Assembly (NCBI GenBank): GCA_013115125.1
Contig: JABANN010000074.1
Coordinates: forward strand, 1 to 64,000
Direction: 5' to 3'
DNA from: Perkinsus olseni
Taxonomy: Eukaryota
Length of the DNA: 64,000 nucleotides
Positions 41,846 to 53,000 of the stretch are shown piece by piece. Below the pieces are notes generated by a model. The model was not told where the DNA came from. It made no database searches and saw only the letters and a program-made list of their open reading frames with translations. Both the position numbers and the translations under genes were made by a program. Every line of letters starts with the position of its first letter. Position 1 is the first letter of the stretch.

Positions 41846-42260
41846 TCATGGAGGCACCCTTGGCTGCCAGCTCATCGGCCGGTTCGTCGACACTGATGGA
41901 GCTGTGCCCCGGTACCCATCAAAGGGATACCCTACCAGGGATTTCGGACAAGGACAGATAGATCTGTCTCGCCTTATCCCACCGGGCCGTGGATGCTCGG
42001 GACGACAGGATCTTAAGTACCGCCTGAGAGTCCGTGAAGATCTCCCAGGCCTCGTCACCCGCTGTCGAGACAATCCAGCGGACTGCTTCCAGAATTCCAA
42101 GGAGTTCGCAATCCGTAATAGTAGCGTAGGGGGAGAGCTTCCAGAAATTGGAGTAGACCTCTACGGCCTCACGATAAACGACCAAAGCAGCGCCGGTCTT
42201 GACGTCCTTGACTACCGAGCCATCCGCGAAGATGGCATTCTACTCTATCAGGGGGACCAC
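41846..42260 (-). mobile_element. RNase H domain remnant of a non-LTR retrotransposon
   Basis: AIFADGSVVKDVKTGAA...TITDCELLGILEAVRW...EIFTDSQAVL; D-E-D catalytic pattern. Confidence 0.75.
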
Positions 42261-42641
42261 TACGCGTAGCCAGGTTCTCATCATCCCCATGAAGCGCGAT
42301 AGGCCGCGGAGAGAGAGTGCCTATTATCGTGAGGATTGGAAGTTTGTGTATCGGTAGTTTCCTGTCAATAATTGACAATAATTGGCAATTATTAATTGCA
42401 TAATTATTATGCGAGGCTTTTTGTTGACGTATGAACCAGCCTGGTGCGAACTCTTGCCATTGGGCAGGACGCCCTACTAGAACTCGGTAACTACGTCTCA
42501 GACGGGGCTCGCTCAAACTTTGAGCCTCAAAGCTGATTTTCATCCTCTTCCCTCGGAGAACGAATGGGTTTTTCAAGTCAATTAATGCAGGATTCGTCCT
42601 ACCCGTGCCCTACCTAGGTGCGCCATCACCGTCCTCATCTC

Positions 42642-42694
42642 CTCTCAGTCCCCACAGTCAGAGGTCAATCATCTCTGACTGTGGGGACTGAGAG
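42642..42694. repeat. 22-bp perfect inverted repeat with 9-nt loop
   Basis: ctctcagtccccacagtcagag-gtcaatcat-ctctgactgtggggactgagag. Confidence 0.9.
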
Positions 42695-44825
42695 ATTACC
42701 TCAGCCTGAGGTCCTCAGGTCATCTAAAAACATGAACATCAGCTAACATAGTGCTAACATGGTGATCACACCTGGGTGGACCCGGATGTCTACGCCGTCC
42801 CTGCCGCGAATTTTCGCAAAATTGCATCATTATTATTCTGAAGGAACGGAGCCTGTTCGCTCAAGAGATCAACCCACGGCTCTCCTTTACCGTATCCCTC
42901 AGCAGGAGTATTCTCAGTGCAGCGGAGTAAGCCATCGCAGCCTGCCTGTTGGGGGGCGGCCGAAATATCTGACGAGTGCTTCGACCAAGCCGGCAAATGG
43001 ATAAAATGCATCAAACTCCCTTCGGAGGTAATTCCGGCGGAATTATTCCGCTACATCTCCCCATTGTCCGCCTTCAAGCCCTATAGGTTGTGAGCCCTGA
43101 GTGCCTGCTACAGTGTCGAACATGGGCCCAGTGACACTGGGCCAGTGTGATGCACTGCCATGGAGCGTCATTCCGGGGACACTCCGGAGAGATGCCCCCA
43201 TGCAATGACCGAATCGGCTGGATTGATTTCAATGTGAACCCCTGATCTTTCGTGTTCTCCTGAAACCGTTCCATACAAGGGCGACAGAACGTTGGCAAAG
43301 TTCAACCCGGAGCCGTATGATACGGCATTGGGTTGAACCGTTCAACTTGAACGTTTAGATACGGCTCGTCTCCGATTCCTCCCACGTCACCGATAGACAA
43401 TGGTATTTTCCCGGTGGAGCATGCATCGTCATGCGTAAGGGCAAGTCACCTAAGCCAGGACAACCTTGAGAAAATAATGCGGTCTGATGGAGGTGGCTAT
43501 TTTGCTCAGCTCAAATGGTTAGCAATATCACTGAAATCACTTGTATTCTGTAGGAGTCCCACATGAGACCAGTGATATCAGTCCCATAATTCTGTCCCAT
43601 AACGAAACAAAGCAGCTCCGCCCATGAAACGACGTCTACATCCAAGATGCAAAATCTACTCCGGCTATTCATCCGAGAAATCCAACCACCCTCGAGTGCA
43701 GCTCTCAGTCGGAAGTAAAAGCGCACCCTGTCTGGAGAGCCATGGCGACCGTGACCAGAGCCGGCAGTACGGACAGGATGGAGTAACCGAGCATTGCACT
43801 GCAGAGCTTGTCCGGGACAATTTGTCCCTCAGACCTGCGCAAACAGCTCAAGATCGATTCTCGTCTCGCTCGGTTCTTGTCGGAAGTTTATCTTTCTCGC
43901 TCGGTCCTTTCTCGCGGCCCCGATCATGATTCTCGTTCTCGTTCTCGGTTCTCGGTCTCAGTTACTCCGGCGGGCAAACGGACGTAGATTCTGTGATTCA
44001 GACCTTCGTGAAATCAATTAGCGCAGTTAGAGAGTCCCAGTGACACATTGACAGTGTGCGGGTGCATGACCCCATCAAAATTATTGTGGTACATTCGCTC
44101 TGCTAGAACTCGCTCCGTGAAGTAATTCACACGAAACATATACCACTGCATGCGAGAACGAGATAACCCGCCATTTCTCGTCTCGTTCTCGGTTGTGAAG
44201 GAGAGCTCTCGTCTCGTTTCGGTCTCGGGTCCGAGAACGAGCGAGAACCGAGAATCTCGTTTGACCGAGTCCTGGTGCGCAGGTCTGTTGTCCCTATGTT
44301 ACAGAGCAATTGTCTCAGATTCCGCGTTCCGACTGTTCTCGAAATTCTGAGTATTTTGGAAACAGGCAGGCATTGCTGATGTCGCATCGGACGCGGACAA
44401 CGTGGGTCATGGCATGCAATCATCGCCAAAGCCTGTTAGTGCCGCACGCGGATAACTGAGGAGATCCAGCAGCCATCGGCCTTGGCTACAGCGGAGACAG
44501 GGTAGACACGAAGATACTGGCGCCGCGTTGACGCCGTCAGCCAGAGCGTCACATGCCAGTTCTGGAACATTGTCGGCCATTGGATTCCTACGGCATCGTC
44601 GATGCCGCATCGATACTGTTCATGTGCTGGGCAGCACTCGTCGTCGATGAGCCGCGTTCGCTACAACCCCCTCAACGAGTCCTCGAGGCATCTCCCTAGA
44701 GCGATTCATAAAAATCGACCGTAAGTTTCGTACTAGACATAATGAATAGCGGAAGACAGCGAAGTTGGAACGCACTAGTGCTCCTGGCAGTTCAGGTTCC
44801 GTTCGTCGCCGACCTTACCTCGCGA

Positions 44826-45005
44826 ATGGGCCTCCGTCTCCTGAGCATTTTCTTGATGTACCTGCTAACTGCCGCTAAGCAGCCCGACGCCCATCGCCGT
44901 GCCTTGACGGGTCTCATCTGTCCGGGCTTCTGTGATAAGTGCCCTGCTCACTGTAAATGTTATGGTCAAGTTTGCTGTGGATGCAAATGTGAGTGCCCGG
45001 AATAG
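44826..45005 (+). CDS. Secreted cysteine-rich prepropeptide 2 (59 aa, 10 Cys)
   Basis: MGLRLLSIFLMYLLTAA-KQPDAHRRA-LTGLICPGFCDKCPAHCKCYGQVCCGCKCECPE. Confidence 0.7.
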   Translation: MGLRLLSIFLMYLLTAAKQPDAHRRALTGLICPGFCDKCPAHCKCYGQVCCGCKCECPE

Positions 45006-45667
45006 TTGTACCACACCGTCTGTCTCTAAGTCTTTAAGTATCAATCATCGTGGCTAGCGCGGCACTATCATCAAAGTACAGCTTTAATTATTCTATCGCT
45101 CATTCCCCCCACTCAACGGCAGTTGGACTGCCGGAGTTCTCCCTATTTAATGGGTGCTGGGGTTAACATGGTAACTATGACACCAAGTCGATTCTATTTC
45201 ATCGCATCACATTCATATTTTATCATCATCAAAATCTCCTTCGCCGTTTAAGCCTAACAAACACCACAGCTCTCTGAGCTGTGAGTGTTTGGTCTCGTCT
45301 GGCCCGTACAGGGTGTCTGAGAGATTGGTTTGATTCTCATAAGTCGAGAGTTTGGTTGATTAAGGAGCGTGGGTATTTGGGCCTGATACTCGGCCCGAAA
45401 CTCGTTTCGTCGGGGATGCGATGTACGTCATACAGCGCATTCACAAATATCCCCAACCCGAGTATTTAGCTGCACAAAACAGGCGATCTCATCTCGGATA
45501 TTCATCAATCGAACTTATCCCATCCAACTAGGGTACAACTTGCACAAAGCCTCTAATGTCCGAGAAACATATCGCCGATTTGTGCCTCCCCAACCGATAT
45601 ACACTTCACTGCATTCGTACTCAAGTCCCAACTTCTATCGAAACCCTTACATGTCATAGTTCGAAAC

Positions 45668-45944
45668 CTAAGAAAGCTTGCCAAAAATAATCCCCGCGTG
45701 CTTCTTTGTCTTTTCTGCAATCGCTCGAGTAGCGTAAATCTTCCAACAGTCACTCTTCCAAGCCCCACTAGCCTTGATTTCCTCCTCTGATACGTTCCTT
45801 TCGCTGAGTCGGGTCGTTCCAGTGCGTCGTAAACTATGACCAGTGACTTGTTCCACATGCCATAGTTGGTACTGGTGGGGGTATTGTACTCGCAGTAGTT
45901 TCTTCCACTTCCTTGCGTAGGTCCCTTTGCATACCTCGGAGGTA
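45668..45944 (-). mobile_element. Tyrosine-recombinase C-terminal fragment (DIRS/Crypton-type element remnant)
   Basis: TGHSLRRTGTTRL...EEIKASGAWKSDCWKIY: HxxR box, GxW and catalytic Tyr. Confidence 0.75.
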
Positions 45945-47140
45945 TTGAGATGGTGATATCCAATAGTCGCACTCAGCCAGCGAAGGTACGAACACCACTT
46001 CTACTCCCTAGCCCCTCTCAGACTGGTCGTGTAAATGCTACCTCTTCTGCTTGCGATAAGGTTGAAGTTGAAGCTCAACATCAACTGTTATTCGTCGTTT
46101 GGCTGGACGGTTCAACTGTTGAGGCAACCAGCTCAATCAAACTGAGCGAAGTGCTGCCATTTAATCGCCCGCTCCAATTTTCACGCCTCAAACGATGCTG
46201 GTATATGTTAGTTTACGTCCCATGCTATCTTCAACGTCGTTACACGCACCGTGAGGATCTGGTCCTAGTCCCTCAGCTTATGCCTAAGTGCAGAGTAGCA
46301 CGCCTCGTCACGTTGAGACGTCCCCACACTTCCTCCAATCCGCTGAATGGAATAACAGCCCTGGCCGCTGAGCTGAGCGAGATTCCATTGGCTGTTGTAG
46401 AAGTGATGATTAGTCCGTTTACCCCATTTAGAGAAATACACTGTTGTAGCGGAAATATAGTGAACAGTCAACGAAGGGAGGTATACAGTGTCGCGAGGCC
46501 GGGACATTACAGGGCTAGTACGCTAGCTACTCTGCAGGTCCTGGGTTCTCCGATGATAAGAATGGAATTTCGGAGGGTAGGTCGCCTTACCTTTGATACT
46601 TGCGACCGGATGCCACTCGAGGGCTCACGCCTTGGCTGGCGAACACACAGTAACCGTCATTCAGTAGCGTGGGGTATCTCGATGATGTTCGCTCCTGTCA
46701 CTTGTCACGACACGAAGACTCCCTCCCAATTGTCGAATTCCAGCCGTTTGAGAAGAGTCTTCTGATGGGCGTGATCCTTGAATGATGAGTGATTCACTCA
46801 ACCCGAGCTTAGATATTCAATTTCATGCCGAGGCGGTCGAATGATTTTTCGGGGAACCAATCTTTTTGTTGAGACGGACTATTGAGTACAACGGTGGAAG
46901 ATAATAGCCCGGCTCCTTCGCCTCGTGGCTATCCGAACTGCGGTCCTTCTCCAGTGGACTTGCTCCCACTCATGTCTGGCAGCTGCAGTCGTGCTCCTGG
47001 AGGACAGGATATAACGATACGGAGGAGCTCTCCGTCACAGAGCCAGCTGAAACCGTCGAGCATTCCGCGTGCGACAAAAATTATAACTGGTTCGCTGCTA
47101 CGCGGCTTCGCGTCGTTCAAAAGAGACTCCATCGATGCTG
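45945..47140 (-). repeat. Copy B of the repeated unit; retains the peptide-gene 5' region but lacks the peptide CDS
   Basis: tgagatggtgatatccaatagtcgcactc..tacgaacacc matches the sequence just upstream of peptide 1 (~39992-40042); shared blocks with copies A and C. Confidence 0.7.
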
Positions 47141-47700
47141 GGGATGAGTGACGTATTAGCCAAACCTCAAACCCGAGACCTGGGATCCGAGTTTCGACTC
47201 GGACCGGTACTATAGCTTGGTCCTGGGCCCGGCATCCCCCTGCCCTGTGACAACTCGGTATCACTTGAACAGAGTCACTGATTAAGATATGGGGGCTTCA
47301 ATACTCGATGATAATAATAGTCTACTCATCTAAAGTACTACCGGAATAAGTTAGGAGCGACCAGCGAGTTTCCCGCAGCCGATGGAGAAGCGCGGGTACT
47401 CAGCTGACCCATTGCGGGAGGGCAAGCTTTAGCTAGCACGCTCTGCGCACCGTCGTGGTTGAGGCGGAGTACGGCCGCCATAGCACTTCGAAAGATAACC
47501 ATGAGGACCGCGCAGCACGATTCGCGCTGCAGTAATCACCAAAATGGTTGAGAGAGAGCGACTAGACGATTCGATGGTCGAATAAGAACGTAGTAATGCG
47601 GTGTTGTACAGTACTCGAGCCCCGGAGGCATGAAGAGCTCGATACTCTTCCCAATGAAGCATCAGAATTGTTAAGACAGCCGTTGGGCCCAAGCCCCACA

Positions 47701-47895
47701 CTACTGGGGGCACTCACACTGGCATCCAACCCATGCCGCGAAAACGAATGAACAGGGATCATGGCAGTCATCACAGAACTCGAATCCTGAGCATACATTA
47801 TCCCAGGAGGCACGTCGGCGAGCTTCGAACTCCGCAGCAGGCGACAACACAACCGACCAGAAGATGGCAGTTAAGAATAGATAGACCTTAGCCAT
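47701..47895 (-). CDS. Secreted cysteine-rich prepropeptide 3 (64 aa, 7 Cys)
   Basis: MAKVYLFLTAIFWSVVLSPA-AEFEARRRA-SWDNVCSGFEFCDDCHDPCSFVFAAWVGCQCECPQ; aligns without gaps to peptide 1. Confidence 0.75.
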   Translation of the reverse strand: MAKVYLFLTAIFWSVVLSPAAEFEARRRASWDNVCSGFEFCDDCHDPCSFVFAAWVGCQCECPQ

Positions 47896-48970
47896 GGTCG
47901 AAAGACCCTGAAACGGTGGAATTTGCTGATCGTCCTCGGCCTCTAAAGATGCGACCACCGCTTCTACTAGTTCCCCTCAGACTGGGAGTGGCAACCCTCC
48001 TGATGAACTGATTTTGCAATCCACTCTATGTGCCTCATTCAATGCTGGTATATGTTAGCTTAACAGGACCTTACCGGTTTTCCAATCATCGGAATCCGGT
48101 GTGTCTAACGTCGTTGAACGTAGGATTGAGAGTGATGAGATTTCGTGAGTCCGGAGTGTTGCTACGGCCATGACGCTGTGACGCCGGGTGGGACCGCATG
48201 CCCGGTGGGACCGCACGCCTGTGACGCTCCATGAGACGTGACGGACAGCGTGACGTACGCAACCCGGACTCTCCTAGCTTTCATTGCTATGCTGCTCCTA
48301 CTATTCACGCCTTTCCTTTCCTCTCAGTTTTTACACCCCGGAATACTTGTCTACTTTCGTTGTAAATCTTAACAGAGCCAGTCACGGAGTGACACGTCAC
48401 GTCACATGGGACGTCCCCTGGGGACGGTCCCCACGATGTCGTTAACGTGCTGAAGGGAAAACGCCTCGGCCGCTGAGCTGACGTAGAGTTCGTTGGCTGC
48501 TGTAGCAGTGATGGTTAGTCTGCTTGCTTCACGGACTTTGTTATAGCGAAATACCGCGAACAGTCGACGAATGCAGTTAAACAGTGTCGGCAGCACTGTG
48601 TCGTACAAACGGGACATTCCTGCGCTAGTACGCTAGCTCCTCCCTCTAGGTTGTGGGTTTTCTGACAATGACGAGCAGGCTTCGGACAGTAGATTGCTTT
48701 TCCTCGGATGCTGTGGGTTATTGCAGCTCAATGGAGTACGCCGCGTAGGTCAATACACAGCACCGGTCATCTATTAGCGCCGGAGTTTTTCGATGCTGTT
48801 CGCTCCCGTCTCTCCCTGCAAGCACAAATGATGTGGAACTTGCCCGATCATCAATAGTTACAAGGGTGTCCTCCAATAGATACGCTTCTTGAATTGTGAG
48901 CGATTCTTCCTTCCCGAGCTTAGATGTTCGATTTCATGCCGAAGCGGTCGAATGATTTTTCGGGGAACCC
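47896..48970 (-). repeat. Copy C of the repeated unit, interrupted by an insertion at ~48060-48440
   Basis: Shared blocks atgctggtatatgttag, gggacattcc.gcgctagtacgctag, cccgagcttagat.ttc.atttcatgccga.gcggtcgaatgatttttcggggaacc. Confidence 0.7.
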
Positions 48971-50097
48971 TAACGGCCTTTCGAGCTCAACGGTGGAAGT
49001 CCATGTAAACCGGTGTTGGACTATAAACTCACACGCGCACGAAGTTTCGATTCAATACCATTGAATGTTGGAGTATTCCTCGAGGCGGTCATGTGCACTT
49101 GTGGCATGTGGTGAAGCTTTCACCGTGAAGGCCAGGGATTCTGATAGAATTTTTCCATCACGGTTGCTGAGAATTCGATGCGCGGTATGACGCCTGGCTT
49201 CGTAGGTAGGGATATTGGGGTGACCGAGAAGCTTCCTACCCCTCGTTGCTTTCGCACGCGCGAAGCATCCTCTATGAGGCGGCTGAAATAACCGAAGCTC
49301 GAGCCTCTGCACCTATACCACGAAATGACACGTGCGCGAATCGATCCTCCGCAGATCCCCGACGTCGCGATAGCAGTCGGCTGCTCGTCCATCGTACCAA
49401 GAATGTAGAAGCTTCGGCGAGCAACGGCGCTGACAGCCGAAGTGCAAGCGGCAACTCGACGACGCGAATCAAATTGTTTTCGAGTAAACTATTCGTGTGG
49501 GATGCGAACTCTGGCCGTGATCCTCCTCAAAGCGGTCATTTGAGTTTGGTGGTCCCGAGAACAACCGTCCTTAAGTGGCTCGTTGAATATTCTAAATTGC
49601 AATGGGCGTTCGGCGAAATCCTTCGTGGTAGTGGCAGCTCAGTGGACGTCGTGACATGGGTCCCCGTACTGGCTCGAATATACAGGACTGAGCTGCGTCG
49701 AGGAGGACTGTACTTTTGGCTCGTTTGCGAATTTGACGGTACTGGGCCACAGTAATTAGGGCGTATCTCACCGCGGATGCTTTCCACTTTGCCGCAGGAT
49801 TACAGCCTCACCGTGACTGAGTAAGACCCGTCAGTCAAGAAAGCGGCATTCCTTGTTCAACGCTAGGGACCCTAGCCTAGGGTTCGAATATCGGCTAGTC
49901 CGACTGGAAGGAATCTAGCGCTAGAGAGCTCGTCTTGAAGAATACCATCACGATCGTGTCCCTTTGTATGGTGGAGAGGCGGGGGCTCACTCGGGGTGCC
50001 GGAGGAGGGTGTGCTGTGATTGTACATGATACAGGTTGATGATCGGCGTACTGTAACTGTGAATTCTCTAAGTTTATATACTCAGCATATCCAATCA

Positions 50098-53000
50098 ATG
50101 GTCCCCGTGGAAAGAGAGGTCCTTCCAACTAACTTCGAAGTCCTCCAGTACGACGTGCATCTATCCCCCTCCTTTGAGACGTCTAGGTGATAAGAGCATC
50201 TTTGGACGCCTTTCACGCGCTTCACTGGAGGGCTCCAGCCACAGCAACCCCGGGTCTTTGCTGTTCTTTCGCGGCCTGTCGCTCAGTCGCCTTCGTCATC
50301 AGGTTGTTCCTTGTTATTTGCTCTCGTAGGTTCGAAGGTTCGGTGGATGTCCATCTTAACGTGCTACAGGCTACCTCATCCATAGTCCTCAACGCACAAG
50401 AACTGCTTATCGATCCTGAGGTAAGACGGAACGTTCTTCACGATCCATGCCCGTCCAATAAGCTCATCTCGAAATTCAGAGTCATTTCTTGGTTTGATGT
50501 CGCACGTAAAATGCGGTTCTAGAATCCACTGTGAGTTTCATTGTTGGACCCCCACCATTTTGAACGTAGCGGCACGTGTGTGGGCCGCTCGCCGCGGTCG
50601 ATCGCTAACCCCTAGCATCTACCTCCGCGGTGCCGTGCCTCGAGCGCCTAGGATATTCATTTATCTGTTAGGTCACATTCAAGTCTGGTGATGAAGAATT
50701 GAAGGCCGTCCAAGTTGTAGTGGACGTTCACAGGACTGAAGTTGAGTTCAAGTAGTATTGGGACTAGTCGCACCGCCGTCAGCACTTTCATAGGCTTGTC
50801 CGTCTTGAGGATGTCATCTGCTATGTTACCTCTCTCAGGTTTGCCAAGGAGCTCCGTAAAGGGGCCGGTGTACTTCACGTGGACTTTGTAGGAACTAACA
50901 ACGATAAAATGTGCGGATTTTACAGGTCTAAGTAATAATACCCGCTATTGGATGCTGGTCTCAATCTCCTTCTCGTTAGCGCGTCCGTGTCCAACTTGCG
51001 TTTTAACACCACATCCTGGGTAGCTTCTTACCGCGCTGCAGTTCCTTAATTAGTTCTACTACTTTTGCTATCTCCAGCGGTGTCGTACTACGCAGGTACA
51101 CTGATCTTAATGGTGAGAGCCATTATATGCTGACGACCCACTTCGAGGCATGGTATGCTCGTAGGGCCTTCCCTTGTGTGGATGAGCCCGCTAGGAGGGC
51201 TGTCTTCAAGATTACCATCACTACCGAGGCTGATAAACAGGTAGCATGATTATCGTGTATTCGCGATTAGTAGCCGGTCCGGGCTTAGATTCGCTGTTGT
51301 CCGTGAAAGGCCGGGCCAATCCCTTTCTTCTTTCTCTCTGGGAGGCTTGCCTGTCTCCTCTCTGTCGGGATAGACAGATTGCTTCAGGTCGTGTCCAACA
51401 TGCCAGTGGCTTCCCGAGAAGTGTTCAAGGGTGGGAAGGACAACAAGAGCGTGTATCAGTCGGTGGAATTCCTCCCAACTGTTAAAATGAGCACATATTT
51501 GGTTGCTTTCTGTGTGGGAGACTTCGAGTGTGTACAGAAAATGACCAAGAATGGCACCTTGGTAAGTAGCGGCTGCGCTATTTTCTTAACGAGCATATCG
51601 CGGAGGTTCGATCCCTAGTGGCTGTAGTTTATATCCAGGACCTCCATCCTTCATCGTGTACTCAGGTTAGAGTGCTTTGCACCCCGGGCAAGAAGAGCTT
51701 GTCTAACTTCGCTTTGGACGCTGGAGTCAGAGTCCTCGAGTGGTAAGTGGCAGGGCTGCTACTTCGCCGCACCTTTCAGAACACGTCGCGGAAATCTGGC
51801 TTCCGTGCGGCAAAGATTATTCATCAGGTACGAAGAGTTTTTCGGGATTCGTTATCCCCTCCCTAAGTTGGATATGATCGCGATACCAGATTTTGCCATG
51901 GGTGCCATGGAGAATTGGGGACTTGTTACTTTCAGGGAAGTGGATTTGCTGTGTGACGCAGAGAAGGTAATGGAGGCGATGGGAAGGCCCCTGGCCCCTT
52001 GACCCTGGGTCGTGGGGATTGCGGCGTGATGATTTACCGCTTGGCCATTCAGGCTTCGTTTGCGAGACAGGAGCGTGTGGCTACCGTGGTTGCTCATGAG
52101 TTGTCACATATGTGGTTTGGCGATTTGGTGACTCTGAGCTGGTGGGACCAACTATGGTTGAAGGAAGGCTTCGCAAGGTTCATGCAACACTTGAGCACCG
52201 ACCAAGGCCTCTACCCAGAATGGAGGATCTGGAACTAGTAAGTTGGGGTATGCTACGCTAGCTACTGATGTACTCTTCGATTCTTACTAGTGGAGCTGGT
52301 AAGGGTGTTGAAATTTGTAGTAAATCGGCCATTCTGAGGTTAATGATAGAACATGAATCACTCGTCTCTTTGCTGTTCATCCTTGGTAACTGTTGTTACT
52401 TGGTCGTGAGTGGTTGCCAACCACTGCCAACGTGGCAGTGTACCCGAGCCTTATCGTGCCGTGTCTTCAGCTACATCACCACGTGCTACGAACGTTGCCT
52501 GCAAATGGATGGCCTGAGATCGAGTCACCCGATAGAAGTTGAGATACACAGAGCTCATGATGTCGAGCAGGTAGGATGGTTCACCTCCTCACTCGGATGG
52601 AGTCTGTGTTGCGACAGGACTTCCGGAAGTTGTGGTATTAAGGATGTTGATGGTGGTCAGGTATTTGATGCAATATCGTACGATAAAGGGTCACAGATAG
52701 TACGCATGCTTTACGCTATCCTTGGCCCTGATACCTTCCGTAAGGGCTGTCAGTTATACACGAGGAAGTATCAGTATGGCAGTACCGTAACAGCTCAGCT
52801 CTGGGAGGCGTTCGAGGAAGTAGTAAAATAGCTCTCTGATCGATTGGAGCTTTCCTCACACATCGTGCTGTACTTGGTATAATTGCCACGTCTGCCAGCA
52901 CAGAGGGCGCTTCCGGCTGTTGTCACGCCAAGTTTACAAAATGGCGGTCTTCAAAACTCTTCCATCGCCAGCTGCTGCGATCTGCCCGGCATAGCGTGAA

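Noticed and set aside
45950-46765. 271-aa plus-strand ORF in repeat unit B
   Set aside because: Not open in paralogous units A and C; residual coding signal is on the opposite strand.
48166-48260. CRISPR-like array
   Set aside because: Repeats are short and irregular with no spacers or cas genes, in a eukaryotic context.
49052-49787. Several overlapping 66-169 aa ORFs before the aminopeptidase
   Set aside because: No motif, splice pattern or strand preference to support any of them.
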